A stretch of DNA of 64,000 nucleotides from Oscillospiraceae bacterium. Lineage in GTDB: Bacteria > Bacillota > Clostridia > Oscillospirales > Ruminococcaceae. The position numbers and the translations under genes were made by a program. The stretch spans positions 3,761 through 67,760 of the forward strand of contig JAZUIH010000021.1 of the NCBI GenBank assembly GCA_045642145.1, given 5' to 3'. The first letter of the stretch is position 1, and every line of letters begins with the position of its first letter. Of this stretch, positions 36,930-49,611 are shown one piece after another. The notes under the pieces were generated by a model. It ran no database searches. It was not told where the DNA came from and was given only the letters and a program-made list of their open reading frames with translations.

Positions 36930-37208
<279 letters not shown>

Positions 37209-37238
37209 TAACAAATAAACTGAAAGGGTGTTGACCAT

Positions 37239-37754
37239 ATGGAATTTTTGTCATTTCTGTCAATTGACTATGGTACAATTATACTCGTACTCATTAACAC
37301 CTTAATTCTTTTCCTGGTTATTAAACATTTCCTTTTCGGAAGAGTAAACAAGATCATTGAAGAACGTCAGGCAGACGTTACTAACACATATGCCGAGGCA
37401 GACAGGTCAATGGCTCATGCAAAGGAACTCGAAAACAACTATAACGAGCTTCTTGCATCAGCTAAGGATGAGTCAGCTGAGATTGTAAAGAACGCAACAA
37501 AGAAAGCACAGGTTCGTTCAGACGAAATCATCAGCAGTGCCAAAGCTGAAGCAAGCGGTCTTATTTCACGTGCAAACGAAGACATTGAACGTGAAAAGCA
37601 GCGTGCAATGAGCGAGATGAAGAACGAAATCTCAGGCATCGCAATGATGATGGCTGAAAAGATTATTCAGAAGGAAATCAACCAGAAGGATCATGAAGCA
37701 TTGATCAATGATTTTATTGAAAATGTGGGTGATGACGTATGGCAGCAGAAGTAG
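37239..37754 (+). CDS. atpF: F0F1 ATP synthase subunit b
   Basis: N-terminal TM helix plus coiled coil; operon position. Confidence 0.93.
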   Translation: MEFLSFLSIDYGTIILVLINTLILFLVIKHFLFGRVNKIIEERQADVTNTYAEADRSMAHAKELENNYNELLASAKDESAEIVKNATKKAQVRSDEIISSAKAEASGLISRANEDIEREKQRAMSEMKNEISGIAMMMAEKIIQKEINQKDHEALINDFIENVGDDVWQQK

Positions 37755-38275
37755 CCAAGCTTTATGCAGACGCGCTCTACGAAATTTTTACAGAAGAGGG
37801 TTCTGAGGATAAGTTCCACACAGACCTTAACGAGTTTGCCGGAGTGTTCCGCGCAAATCCTGAACTTACACAGCTTCTGTCAGCGCCGCTGCTTACAAGC
37901 GAAGAGAAAATTTCCGTTGTATCAAAGATTTTCGATGACAACGGTGTGATTTTTGATTTTCTCTGTCTCCTTTGTGAAAAGGGAAGAGCAGCTTACTTTG
38001 AAGAGATTACTGAGGTTTTCAATGTCAGATACAATGAATTTAAAAACATTGCTGACGTTACGGTTATTACCAGTGTACCGCTTACTGACGAGCTCAGAAG
38101 CAGACTCACTGCAAAGCTTGAGGCAAAGCTCTCAAAGACGGTTGTTCTTAAGGAGAAAACAGATACGTCAATTATTGACGGTATCATAATCGAATACAAC
38201 AACAAGAGAATTGATAACAGCGTCCGTTCCGGACTGGAAACTCTGCGCCACACTGTGGCAGAGGCGGACCTGTAA
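37739..38275 (+). CDS. atpH: F0F1 ATP synthase subunit delta
   Basis: VAKLYADAL, DTSIIDGIII..IDNS; operon position. Confidence 0.92.
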   Translation: MAAEVAKLYADALYEIFTEEGSEDKFHTDLNEFAGVFRANPELTQLLSAPLLTSEEKISVVSKIFDDNGVIFDFLCLLCEKGRAAYFEEITEVFNVRYNEFKNIADVTVITSVPLTDELRSRLTAKLEAKLSKTVVLKEKTDTSIIDGIIIEYNNKRIDNSVRSGLETLRHTVAEADL

Positions 38276-38305
38276 TGAAAAATAATTAAGAAGAAGGTGT
38301 ATTGA

Positions 38306-39823
38306 TTGAATTTACGCCCAGATGAAATTACCGGAATCATCAAGGAACAGGTAAAGAACTACAGAAACAAAATCGAGCTTACTGATGTTGGTACAGTAGT
38401 TACTGTTGGTGACGGTATTGCAAATATTCATGGACTTGACAACTGTATGTCAAATGAGCTTCTTGAATTTGAAGGCGAAGTTTACGGCATGGCACTTAAC
38501 CTCGAAAGAGATTTTGTAGGTGCGGTTATGCTCGGTTCAGATGCCGGAATCAAGGAAGGCTCTACAGTAAAGAGAACAGGCAGAATCGTTTCTGTACCTG
38601 TTGGTGACGATATGCTCGGACGTGTAGTAAATGCTCTCGGCCAGCCAATCGACGGAAAGGGTGCAATCCTTACAAAGGAAACAATGCCAATCGAAAGAAT
38701 TGCTCCTGGTATCATCACAAGAAAATCAGTTCACAAGCCGCTTCAGACAGGTATCAAGGCTATTGACTCAATGATTCCTGTAGGCCGCGGACAGCGTGAG
38801 CTTATCATCGGTGACAGACAGACCGGTAAAACAACAATTGCCCTTGACACCATTATCAACCAGAAGGGCAAGGACGTTATCTGTATCTACGTAGCCATCG
38901 GCCAGAAGAGATCAACAGTGGCAAACGTAGTTGAGACACTTACAAAAGCAGGTGCTATGGACTATACTATAGTTGTTGCAGCTTCAGCTTCTGAACTTGC
39001 ACCTCTTCAGTATATCGCTCCTTATGCAGGCGTTACAATGGGTGAGTACTTCATGAACAAGGGAAAGGATGTTCTCTGTATCTATGATGACCTCTCAAAG
39101 CACGCTGTAGCATACCGTGCACTTTCGCTTCTCCTCAAGCGTCCGCCGGGACGTGAGGCATATCCGGGTGACGTTTTCTACCTGCATTCAAGACTTCTTG
39201 AACGTGCATGCAGCCTTAACGAGAACTACGGCGGCGGCTCCATTACAGCCCTTCCTATTATCGAAACACAGGCCGGTGACGTATCCGCATATATCCCGAC
39301 AAACGTAATTTCAATTACAGACGGACAGATATTCCTTGAAACTGACCTCTTCAACTCCGGTGTAAGACCGGCGGTAAACCCTGGTATCTCAGTATCACGA
39401 GTTGGTTCAGCAGCTCAGATCAAGGCGATGAAGAAGGTTTCATCATCACTTAAACTTCTCTATTCACAGTTTAAGGAACTTCAGTCATTCTCACAGTTCG
39501 GTTCTGACCTTGACCAGGATACAAAGGACCGTCTTGCAAAGGGTGAACGTATCGTTGAGGTTCTCAAGCAGGGCAGAAACGCTCCTGTTACAGTAGAGCA
39601 TCAGGTTATCATCATCTATGCGGTAGTAAACGACTGGCTTAAGACTGTTCCGGTTGAACTTATCTCTGATTTTGAAGCAGAACTCTACAGATATGTTGAC
39701 GAATCACATCCGGATATTATCAGCTCAATAACTGAAACCAGAGAGCTCACAAAGGAAAATGAGGCAGCTCTTAAGGACGTTCTCAAAACATTTGTTGAAA
39801 AATACATGGCTGACAAACAGTAA
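38306..39823 (+). CDS. atpA: F0F1 ATP synthase subunit alpha
   Basis: [29 protein letters not shown]. Confidence 0.98.
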   Translation: MNLRPDEITGIIKEQVKNYRNKIELTDVGTVVTVGDGIANIHGLDNCMSNELLEFEGEVYGMALNLERDFVGAVMLGSDAGIKEGSTVKRTGRIVSVPVGDDMLGRVVNALGQPIDGKGAILTKETMPIERIAPGIITRKSVHKPLQTGIKAIDSMIPVGRGQRELIIGDRQTGKTTIALDTIINQKGKDVICIYVAIGQKRSTVANVVETLTKAGAMDYTIVVAASASELAPLQYIAPYAGVTMGEYFMNKGKDVLCIYDDLSKHAVAYRALSLLLKRPPGREAYPGDVFYLHSRLLERACSLNENYGGGSITALPIIETQAGDVSAYIPTNVISITDGQIFLETDLFNSGVRPAVNPGISVSRVGSAAQIKAMKKVSSSLKLLYSQFKELQSFSQFGSDLDQDTKDRLAKGERIVEVLKQGRNAPVTVEHQVIIIYAVVNDWLKTVPVELISDFEAELYRYVDESHPDIISSITETRELTKENEAALKDVLKTFVEKYMADKQ

Positions 39824-39852
39824 TCAGCTGTCCTTAATGGGGGTGACAGATA

Positions 39853-40716
39853 ATGGCTTCGGCTAATATGAAAGATATCAAGCGCCGTATAAAAAGCGTT
39901 AAGAGCACCATGCAGATTACAAAGGCCATGGAACTTGTAGCTTCCTCAAAGCTCAGAAAAGCAAGGGAGAAGGCTGACAGTGCGAAGCTTTTCTTTGACG
40001 CGCTCTATGATACTATGTGGGAGATTACTGCTGAAAACTCAACCTTCGAGTCAATCTACTTCTCAGGCAGGGAAGTGAAGACAGTTATGTTTGTTGTTAT
40101 TGCCGGCGACAGAGGTCTTGCAGGCGGGTACAACACAAACGTTCTCAAGCTTGCCCAGAAGAAAATAGATGAACTCAGCGACGGATGCAGCGCAGTTATT
40201 ATCCCGATCGGCAAAAAGGCTGTTGAATACTTTACAAAAAGAGGATACAGAGTTGTTGCCAGATATGAAAACATTGCAGAAAATATCCGTATGAACTCCG
40301 CCAAGGAGATTGCCGCAAAGATTATGGCAGCCTTCAGAAACGGTAACACCGACAGGGTGGAGATTATTTATACAGACTATGTTTCACCTCTTGTACAGGA
40401 GGCGAAATCAAAAAGCGTAATTCCGCTTGAAAAACCAGTTTCGGAGAACAGGAAAAACGTTCAGACTTCCTATGAACCATCACCGGAGCAGCTGTTCGAC
40501 ATCATCATGCCGCAGTACATTGCCGGGGTTCTTTACGGTTCTGTTGCTGATTCATTTGCATCTGAGCAGGCAGCAAGACGAATTGCCATGGAAAATGCGT
40601 CTGACAACGCTGAAGAGATGATTGACGATCTTTCACTTCTCTACAACAGAGCACGTCAGGCTACCATTACTCAGGAAATTACTGAAATTGTCAGTGGTGC
40701 AAGTTCTCAGGAATAA
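39853..40716 (+). CDS. atpG: F0F1 ATP synthase subunit gamma
   Basis: QITKAMELVA, DRGLAG, NRARQATITQEITEI. Confidence 0.97.
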   Translation: MASANMKDIKRRIKSVKSTMQITKAMELVASSKLRKAREKADSAKLFFDALYDTMWEITAENSTFESIYFSGREVKTVMFVVIAGDRGLAGGYNTNVLKLAQKKIDELSDGCSAVIIPIGKKAVEYFTKRGYRVVARYENIAENIRMNSAKEIAAKIMAAFRNGNTDRVEIIYTDYVSPLVQEAKSKSVIPLEKPVSENRKNVQTSYEPSPEQLFDIIMPQYIAGVLYGSVADSFASEQAARRIAMENASDNAEEMIDDLSLLYNRARQATITQEITEIVSGASSQE

Positions 40717-40721
40717 CATAA

Positions 40722-42145
<1,424 letters not shown>

Positions 42146-42146
<1 letters not shown>

Positions 42147-42553
42147 TGGCTTCATTCAGACTTCAGATAATTACACCGGACAGAGTGTTCTACGATGACG
42201 AGGCCGAGAGGCTCATCGTAAGAACAACAGATGGTGAAATGGGTGTTCTTGCAAGACATGAAAACTTTGCAGGCGCGCTTCCTTCAGGTCCGGTAAAGAT
42301 CATGAAGGACGGCAAATACAGAGTGGCTGCGCTTTCATCCGGAGTACTCAAGGTATCTGCTGACAAGACCACCATTATTGCCGAAGCTGTTGAGTGGGCT
42401 GACGAGATTGATATCGAGTGGGCAAACAGATCAGCTGAGGAGGCACGTGAGAAGATCAGGCTTAAGGAAAGCGAAAAGGAAATGCTTTACGCCGAGCTCA
42501 AACTCAAAAGAGCGCTTAACCGAATCAACGTGCATTCAGGAAATTACAAATAG
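42146..42553 (+). CDS. atpC: F0F1 ATP synthase subunit epsilon
   Basis: LQIITPDR, GEMGVLARH, KRALNR. Confidence 0.95.
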
Positions 42554-42653
42554 TATAAGATTCAGTGCGTACACCGTCAGGTGTACGCATTTCTTACGTC
42601 ATAGACAACAATTATAAACATTAAAAATATACAGCATTAGTGCATTATGCCGA

Positions 42654-42682
42654 TTGACTATAATATGTATGTGTGATAAAAT
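42654..42682 (+). promoter_or_regulatory. Putative sigma-A promoter of pflB
   Basis: ttgact-17 bp-taaaat with extended -10 TG. Confidence 0.6.
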
Positions 42683-42763
42683 GAATAGAGATAATTTTAA
42701 ATTAGCTGAAGGCGGTATTTTGTAAACTGCCGGTAAAGCGAAATTTACAGGAGGTTATATAAC

Positions 42764-45058
42764 ATGGTAGAATTTACACAGTGGAGTGGATTCAAGGGTA
42801 ACAAGTGGAAGAACGAAATCAACGTTCGTGACTTTATCCAGAAGAACTATACTCCATATGACGGCGATGAATCATTCCTCGCAGGTCCTACAGATGCTAC
42901 AGACAAGCTCTGGGGAAGACTTCAGGAACTTCAGAAGGAACAGAGAGCAAAGGGCGGCGTACTTGACTGTGAAACAGAAATCGTTACAAGCCTTACAGCT
43001 TATGGTCCTGGATATATAGACGAATCACTCAAGGATCTCGAAAAGATCGTTGGTCTTCAGTGTGACAAGCCACTCAAGAGAGCTTTCATGCCTTACGGTG
43101 GTATCAAGATGGCTCAGCAGGCTGCTGAAAGCTACGGTTACAAGGTAAACGAAAAGTACGATCAGATCTTCAACGAGTACCACAAGACTCACAACCAGGG
43201 TGTATTTGATGCTTACACACCTGAAATCAGAGCAGCAAGAAACAGCCACATCGTAACAGGTCTTCCTGATACATACGGCCGTGGACGTATCGTAGGCGAC
43301 TACAGAAGAATTGCTCTTTACGGTATTGATTTCCTCATCCAGCAGAAGGAAGCTGACAAGGCTAACACTGGTGACGGAACAATGACAGACGAAGTAATCC
43401 GTCAGAGAGAAGAACTTACAGACCAGATCAGAGCTCTTCAGGGCATGAAGGCAATGGCTGAAATCTACGGCTATGACATTTCAAAGCCTGCTCAGAACGC
43501 TAAGGAAGCTGTACAGTGGCTCTACTTCGGTTACCTCGCAGCTATCAAGACACAGAACGGTGCTGCTATGTCAGTTGGCCGTGTATCAACATTCCTTGAT
43601 ATCTACATTCAGCGTGACCTCGAAGCTGGTACACTTACAGAATCAGAAGCTCAGGAACTTATCGACCACATGACAATGAAGTTCAGAATGGTTAAGTTCG
43701 CAAGAATTCCATCATACAATGAACTCTTCTCAGGTGACCCGGTATGGGCTACACTCGAAGTCGGCGGTATCGGTATGGTCGGTCGTCACATGGTAACAAA
43801 GAACGACTACCGTTTCCTCCACACACTCGAAAACATGGGCCCTTCACCAGAACCAAACCTCACTGTACTTTACTCAGCAGATCTTCCTGAAACATTCAAG
43901 AAGTATGCTGCACATATTTCAATCACAACAAGCTCAATCCAGTACGAATCAGACGACGTTATGAAGCCAGTATGGGGCGATGACTACTCAATCTGCTGCT
44001 GCGTATCTGCAACACAGACAGGTAAGGAAATCCAGTTCTTCGGCGCTCGTGCTAACCTTGCAAAGGCTCTTCTCTACGCTATCAACGGCGGTATCGATGA
44101 AAAGCTCGGCAAGCAGATTGCTCCTGCATATCAGCCAATCACTTCAGAATACCTCGACTATGATGAAGTAATGAAGAAGTACGACGTAATGCTCGAATGG
44201 CTCGCTGGTATCTATGTAAATACACTTAACCTCATCCACTACATGCACGACAAGTACTACTATGAAGCAGCTGAAATGGCTCTTATCGATACAGACGTAA
44301 GACGTACATTTGCTACAGGTATTGCCGGCTTCTCACACGTTATCGACTCACTCTCAGCTATCAAGTATGCTAAGGTTAAGGTAATCCGTGGTGACGTTGA
44401 AGTTAAGGACAAGAAGGGTAACGTTGTTGAAGTAGCTAAGAACATTGCTCTTGACTACGAAGTTGAAGGCGAATTCCCTAAGTATGGTAACGATGATGAC
44501 AGAGCTGATGAAATCGGCGTATGGCTCCTCGATACATTCCTCAAGAAGATCAAGAAGAGACACACATACAGAGATTCAGAGCCTACAACATCTATCCTTA
44601 CAATTACATCAAACGTTGTTTACGGTAAGGCTACAGGTTCACTTCCTGACGGACGTAAGGCTGGCGAACCATTTGCTCCTGGTGCTTCACCATCTTACGG
44701 TGCAGAACAGAACGGTCTCCTCGCTTCACTCAACTCAGTTGCTAAGATTCCTTACGAATGGGCTCTTGACGGTATTTCAAATACACAGACAATGAATCCT
44801 GACGCTCTTGGCCACACAGACGAAGAAAGAGTTAACAACCTTGTTAACTCACTCGACGGATACTTTGCACAGGGTGCTCACCACCTCAACGTAAACGTAT
44901 TTGGTACTGAAAAGCTCCTCGACGCTATGGAACACCCTGAGAAGGAAGAATACGCTAACTTCACAATCCGTGTATCAGGTTATGCAGTTAAGTTCATCGA
45001 CCTTACTCGTGAACAGCAGCTCGACGTTATCAAGAGAACTTGTCACAAGTCACTCTGA
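42764..45058 (+). CDS. pflB: Pyruvate formate-lyase (formate C-acetyltransferase)
   Basis: [11 protein letters not shown], active-site CCVS, glycyl-radical motif IRVSGYAV; strongly biased codon usage. Confidence 0.97.
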   Translation: MVEFTQWSGFKGNKWKNEINVRDFIQKNYTPYDGDESFLAGPTDATDKLWGRLQELQKEQRAKGGVLDCETEIVTSLTAYGPGYIDESLKDLEKIVGLQCDKPLKRAFMPYGGIKMAQQAAESYGYKVNEKYDQIFNEYHKTHNQGVFDAYTPEIRAARNSHIVTGLPDTYGRGRIVGDYRRIALYGIDFLIQQKEADKANTGDGTMTDEVIRQREELTDQIRALQGMKAMAEIYGYDISKPAQNAKEAVQWLYFGYLAAIKTQNGAAMSVGRVSTFLDIYIQRDLEAGTLTESEAQELIDHMTMKFRMVKFARIPSYNELFSGDPVWATLEVGGIGMVGRHMVTKNDYRFLHTLENMGPSPEPNLTVLYSADLPETFKKYAAHISITTSSIQYESDDVMKPVWGDDYSICCCVSATQTGKEIQFFGARANLAKALLYAINGGIDEKLGKQIAPAYQPITSEYLDYDEVMKKYDVMLEWLAGIYVNTLNLIHYMHDKYYYEAAEMALIDTDVRRTFATGIAGFSHVIDSLSAIKYAKVKVIRGDVEVKDKKGNVVEVAKNIALDYEVEGEFPKYGNDDDRADEIGVWLLDTFLKKIKKRHTYRDSEPTTSILTITSNVVYGKATGSLPDGRKAGEPFAPGASPSYGAEQNGLLASLNSVAKIPYEWALDGISNTQTMNPDALGHTDEERVNNLVNSLDGYFAQGAHHLNVNVFGTEKLLDAMEHPEKEEYANFTIRVSGYAVKFIDLTREQQLDVIKRTCHKSL

Positions 45059-45090
45059 TAAAAATCAGCTTTATAAAAAAGTATTATCAG

Positions 45091-45122
45091 GTCCCTGCAG
45101 ATTCAGTCTGCAGGGACTTTTT
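45091..45122 (+). terminator. pflB terminator
   Basis: gtccctgcaga/tctgcagggac plus T-run. Confidence 0.85.
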
Positions 45123-45160
45123 ATGCTTACAGAACACTATGCAATATGCACTCAATTTCA

Positions 45161-45189
45161 TTGACAAAAAGGTTTCAATATGTTAAAAT
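45161..45189 (+). promoter_or_regulatory. Putative sigma-A promoter
   Basis: ttgaca-17 bp-taaaat. Confidence 0.6.
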
Positions 45190-45245
45190 AACTATAGTGA
45201 ATGCCGGAAAAAGTTTTTTACGTTCACTATAGTTATTTTATTGTA

Positions 45246-45297
45246 CTGCACATCCGATGACGATTTCATCTAAGTGCAGATCGGCTGACAGTAAACG
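45246..45297 (+). repeat. Structured 52-bp motif, copy 2, in the leader of the 45310 gene
   Basis: 42/52 identity to the reverse complement of 4590-4641; ends just before the RBS. Confidence 0.7.
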
Positions 45298-45309
45298 AAA
45301 AGGGGAATC

Positions 45310-45849
45310 ATGGTGACTGGAGGAAAGAAAAAAGTTATTATCGGTATCATGAAGACCCTGACAGCACTGTGTACTGTACTTGCTTTGGTATTGATTTATA
45401 TTCTTGTAAAGCGTGCATATTTCGGAAATCCGGCTCTTAAGAATGAACCTGAAAACAGTGAAAGTTACAACGTAGTTGTAACAGACATGAGTGCACCTGA
45501 GAATAATTATGACCCGGATACAGTAAACAGTACATCCGGCTTTGATGTGAAAATGAATGCTGAATGGACGTTTGAAAACGGAAGGATGCCATCGGGGGAT
45601 GCATATGTTGAAAATCCTTCATCCAACGTCAATACAGTATACTTTGATATAACAGTTCCCGGAGCAGAAGGGAAGATTTACACTTCACCGCTTCTTCCGC
45701 CGGGAAGCCATATTGAAAATATAGCCTTTGACAGGGTTCTGCCGGCAGGAAAGTATAACGGGGTACTTACTTATCATCTTGCAGGGGCAGACGGGGAGAC
45801 AGAGATAGGCGCACTTCAGATGGCACTTAAAATAACTGTAAAGAGTTAG
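45310..45849 (+). CDS. Hypothetical membrane-anchored extracellular protein
   Basis: N-terminal TM helix then a beta-rich domain (ENPSSN..YFDITV..YTSPLLPPG). Confidence 0.75.
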   Translation: MVTGGKKKVIIGIMKTLTALCTVLALVLIYILVKRAYFGNPALKNEPENSESYNVVVTDMSAPENNYDPDTVNSTSGFDVKMNAEWTFENGRMPSGDAYVENPSSNVNTVYFDITVPGAEGKIYTSPLLPPGSHIENIAFDRVLPAGKYNGVLTYHLAGADGETEIGALQMALKITVKS

Positions 45850-45896
45850 GAAAACACATTTTTTTATGATACGGGATTTATACAGGGGGAAGGTAT

Positions 45897-47528
45897 ATGG
45901 ATGATTTTAAAAGAATGGCGGCTGTGCTGCTTGTTCTTATACTGATAATCGCCAATCTTGCCGTAGCAGTAGTATCCGAGTTTGACTTCAGTGAGTATAC
46001 TGATTCAGGAAATCAGACAGGATATCCGGCAGGAAGGGAACCTCAGAAGCTGAGCCTGGATGCAGGGGAGGTAACTGAAAAGCCGCAGGAAACTCAAAAG
46101 GCATCTGACACCGGGACCGGGGCAGAGGTTACTCAGCCGGTATCTGAAGAAGTTCCGGAAGATAACCGGAAGGAGACAGAACCGGTTCATAACCTGATAC
46201 CGACAGAATCATTTTCCGGTGAACCGGATGCAATGAGTCAGGTTACAGTTGAGGGCGTACTTGAGGCTGTAGCGGACAAAAAAATATTTCAGGTAACACT
46301 TCCTGTAGGAAGTACTGTTATCGAGTATATAGCAGACCCGCAGGGACTTATCTGTCAGAGCGAGTCAGTAAGGTATCCGGATTCATTTTTTGACCCTGAT
46401 TCAAACGTATACTTCAGTCACGGTAAGGTAAAGAGCGCTGACGGAAAGAAGCTTGATTACTGGTCAGGAGAGAGCGAACCGTTTACTGTTGTAAACAAGA
46501 GTTCGTGTGCAGTTTCGGTAGTAGCTCGCATAAGCGCTTCATACAGGGGAGAAAAGGAACGAAAGGTTTTTCTGTCTGATACAGACGAATGGAACGGTAA
46601 CTTCAGACCTGCAGTTTTCATTGCGGCGCGCAGGAGTGACAGCGGCGATGAAATACCTGTATCACTGATCGAGCAGGTTATCGAGGCGTCCGTGCCGGGC
46701 TGTCCGGGTGCATACAGGTGCATTTACGAGGGTGACGGCAGGTACAGATATGAGCTTATGAATGACAGTGAGCTTGAAGCGTTCAGAAAAAGTCCGGCTG
46801 CAAAGGACTTAAACACTGAGTTCAGTGAATTTTCACTCACACTCAGGGGAGACTGTAACGGTGAAGGCGAGTGGGATACAGATACTGAGTATGAGTTCCC
46901 GACAGTTTCGATAGTATGGAACGTCGGTTTTGCGCCGTCCGCCAGACCGTATGTTTCACAGAAAAATGTTTCCGTTGCATCTGACAGGGAAATAAACATA
47001 CCGTTCAGCTTCGGTGTAAATGATGCAAGAGCATACGGAATAATTTCCGCGGAGTATATAACTCCTGAAAATGAGGCAAGACAGCTCCGCTGGAATGATT
47101 ACTATATGCAGTTTTCAGATACAGAGATAAAGTTTACCCCTGAGTTCTGCGAATATTCCCGCGAAAGAGGCGGCGGAACAGTAAAGTTCAGATTTGACGA
47201 TCCGCTTGACACAGTATGTACTGTTACTCTTGACAGAGACAGTGCGCCTTATCTTGAGGAGAACGGATGCACTGTTTCGCAGAATGATGCGAAGCAGATT
47301 GCGATATCATACAATCCCGGAAGCGGTGACAAGGCAGCCGGTGGCATATCGAAGATTTCCTACGGAAACAGTGATCTCTCTGCCTATTCATCAGTAAATG
47401 ACGGCAGGATAGTTCTGAGCGCCAGCGCGGTCCGCACCATACAGAACAAAAACGGCGGAAGCGTATATATAACCTTTGACGACCCTGCCCATACAAAATG
47501 CAGCTTTAAAATTAATGTTGAAAAATAA
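45897..47528 (+). CDS. Hypothetical secreted/anchored protein with two C-terminal repeats
   Basis: N-terminal hydrophobic segment, low-complexity linker, repeated GG(T/S)V..FDDP..T motif. Confidence 0.75.
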   Translation: MDDFKRMAAVLLVLILIIANLAVAVVSEFDFSEYTDSGNQTGYPAGREPQKLSLDAGEVTEKPQETQKASDTGTGAEVTQPVSEEVPEDNRKETEPVHNLIPTESFSGEPDAMSQVTVEGVLEAVADKKIFQVTLPVGSTVIEYIADPQGLICQSESVRYPDSFFDPDSNVYFSHGKVKSADGKKLDYWSGESEPFTVVNKSSCAVSVVARISASYRGEKERKVFLSDTDEWNGNFRPAVFIAARRSDSGDEIPVSLIEQVIEASVPGCPGAYRCIYEGDGRYRYELMNDSELEAFRKSPAAKDLNTEFSEFSLTLRGDCNGEGEWDTDTEYEFPTVSIVWNVGFAPSARPYVSQKNVSVASDREINIPFSFGVNDARAYGIISAEYITPENEARQLRWNDYYMQFSDTEIKFTPEFCEYSRERGGGTVKFRFDDPLDTVCTVTLDRDSAPYLEENGCTVSQNDAKQIAISYNPGSGDKAAGGISKISYGNSDLSAYSSVNDGRIVLSASAVRTIQNKNGGSVYITFDDPAHTKCSFKINVEK

Positions 47529-47531
47529 AAA

Positions 47532-47568
47532 CAGAAAAGCCCTGAGCCGCGTGTTCAGGGCTTTTCTG
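47532..47568. terminator. Intrinsic terminator
   Basis: cagaaaagccctga/tcagggcttttctg. Confidence 0.7.
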
Positions 47569-47593
47569 CATTATATACACGTGTCTGATCCTA

Positions 47594-47622
47594 TTGACTT
47601 TCAGTCGAAAAAATGATAAAAT
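47594..47622 (+). promoter_or_regulatory. Putative sigma-A promoter of the thyX operon
   Basis: ttgact-17 bp-taaaat with extended -10 TG. Confidence 0.6.
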
Positions 47623-47656
47623 TATAAGGAATATGAATTAGTGGAGATGAAAAAAA

Positions 47657-48430
47657 GTGAAAGTAACACTTATTGCACATACACCTGATCCGGAGAGAAT
47701 TGTTGCATCAGCAGCACAGCTCTGTTACAGGGACAGTAATATTAATTCCATGATGGAAGGACTTGATGAAGAACGCGCATCAGGTTTTGTAGAGATGCTT
47801 GCAGATATTGGTCACGAGAGTCCTCTTGAGCATGTGTCTTTCACATTCGGGATTGAAGGCGTTTCGAGAACATTTCTCGCACAGATTACAAGACACCGTA
47901 TAGCGTCATATTCCGTGCAGAGCCAGAGATACGTAAAGAAGAGCGAATTCGTGTATATCACTCCTCCTGAGATAGAAAACATTCCTGAAGCAAAGGCAAT
48001 GTACGAGAAGTCTATGAATGACGCGCTTGAAACATACAATGCACTTGCTGATATGCTTGAAAAAAAGCACTTTGAAGATTTCCTCAAGTCAGGCATGAGC
48101 GAAAAACAGGCTCGTTCAAAGGCGGAAAAGAAGGCTATTGAGGATGCCCGTTTCGTACTTCCTAACGCCTGCGAAACAAAGATGGCAGTTACAATGAACG
48201 CAAGAAGTCTTATAAACTTCTTCAGTCTCAGATGCTGTAACCGTGCGCAGTGGGAAATCAAGGCAGTGGCTGATGAGATGCTTCGTCTCTGCTGCAGTGT
48301 GGCACCGTCTGTGTTCAGATATGCCGGACCTTCCTGTGTTAAGTGCGGAAAGTGTCCTGAAGGAAAAATGACATGCGGAAAGTTTGCGGAGGTAACGGAA
48401 GGCTACCGCAGAATGCGTTCAGAAATCTGA
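47657..48430 (+). CDS. thyX: FAD-dependent thymidylate synthase
   Basis: GHESPLEH, RHRIASYSVQSQRY, EDARFVLP, AQWEI. Confidence 0.96.
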   Translation: MKVTLIAHTPDPERIVASAAQLCYRDSNINSMMEGLDEERASGFVEMLADIGHESPLEHVSFTFGIEGVSRTFLAQITRHRIASYSVQSQRYVKKSEFVYITPPEIENIPEAKAMYEKSMNDALETYNALADMLEKKHFEDFLKSGMSEKQARSKAEKKAIEDARFVLPNACETKMAVTMNARSLINFFSLRCCNRAQWEIKAVADEMLRLCCSVAPSVFRYAGPSCVKCGKCPEGKMTCGKFAEVTEGYRRMRSEI

Positions 48431-48491
48431 TTCTGCCTGCCAGGAACGGATATATGCCCATGCTTACATTTTAACAGAAAGAAGGATTATA

Positions 48492-49034
48492 ATGATATAT
48501 TTATTTCTCGCTGAAGGCTTTGAAGAGATAGAAGCGCTTACAGTTGTTGACCTCTGCAGAAGAAGCGGAATTGAAATTAAAACAGTGGGTATCGGAAGAG
48601 AAGCTATCATGGGTTCACACGGAATTCTTGTACAGTCAGACATGAAGGATGCTGACCTTGTTCTTGATGACAAAACAGAGATGATAGTTCTCCCTGGCGG
48701 CATGCCGGGCACAAAAAATCTTGAAGCTGCCTCTTCAGTTCAGAAGGCAATTGATTTCTGTGTTCTCAATAACAGAATGATTGCTGCTATCTGTGCTGCT
48801 CCTTCCATACTCGGACACAGAGGACTCCTCAAGGGTCACAGGGCACTCTGTTATGCAGGCTTTGAAAACCAGCTTGAGGGAGCAGAGCAGGCAGAAGGTA
48901 CAGTATGCGTATCAGGTAACTTTATCACTTCAAAGGGCCCTGGTACAGCGATTGACTTTGCTCTTAAGATTGTTGAGATTTACAGGTCAAAGGATATAAG
49001 CGACGCACTTGCTGCATCACTTCTCTACAGATAA
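48492..49034 (+). CDS. DJ-1/PfpI (ThiJ/YajL-like) protein
   Basis: GFEEIEA, LPGGMPG, AAICAAP, TSKGPGT. Confidence 0.92.
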   Translation: MIYLFLAEGFEEIEALTVVDLCRRSGIEIKTVGIGREAIMGSHGILVQSDMKDADLVLDDKTEMIVLPGGMPGTKNLEAASSVQKAIDFCVLNNRMIAAICAAPSILGHRGLLKGHRALCYAGFENQLEGAEQAEGTVCVSGNFITSKGPGTAIDFALKIVEIYRSKDISDALAASLLYR

Positions 49035-49035
49035 T

Positions 49036-49611
49036 ATGGAAGACAAAGCTGCTTTCAGAAAAAATGCGCTGAAGATGCGTTCGTCACTGTTTTCCTCAGC
49101 CGCTGAAAAGGAACAGGCTGACAGACAGATTTCTGAACACTTCACTGCACTGCCGGTTCTTAAGGATATCAGAACCGTGCTCTGTTACGTTTCATACAGA
49201 GCTGAAACTGATACAGCAGGGATTATCGAAAAACTTCTTTCAGATAATTACACCGTTGCAGTACCGCGCTGCAGGGCTCACGGGCAGATGGATTTTTTCA
49301 GGATACGCAGTCTTTCAGAGCTTAAACCATCGTCACTCGGTATTCCGGAGCCGGAGTTCAGGGAGGAGAACAGGGTAACTGTTTTTACTGATACTCTCTG
49401 CGTTGTTCCGGGAACTGCATTTGACAGAAAGGGTAACCGTACCGGTTACGGCGGCGGCTATTATGACCGCTTTTTAGCTGCAGAAAAAAATATAATAACT
49501 GCAGGGCTTTGTTATCATTCGCTTCTCTTTGATGAGGTTCCGTCTGAACCTCACGATGAATGCGTTGATTATATAATAACAGAGAAAGGAATAATAAAAA
49601 TAAATGAGTAA
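49036..49611 (+). CDS. 5-formyltetrahydrofolate cyclo-ligase
   Basis: VPGTAFDRKGNRTGYGGGYYDRFL, PHD motif. Confidence 0.92.
   Translation: MEDKAAFRKNALKMRSSLFSSAAEKEQADRQISEHFTALPVLKDIRTVLCYVSYRAETDTAGIIEKLLSDNYTVAVPRCRAHGQMDFFRIRSLSELKPSSLGIPEPEFREENRVTVFTDTLCVVPGTAFDRKGNRTGYGGGYYDRFLAAEKNIITAGLCYHSLLFDEVPSEPHDECVDYIITEKGIIKINE

Noticed and set aside
42554-42763. ZTP (pfl) riboswitch or Rex operator before pflB
   Set aside because: No matching consensus visible; only a hairpin after atpC and a promoter.
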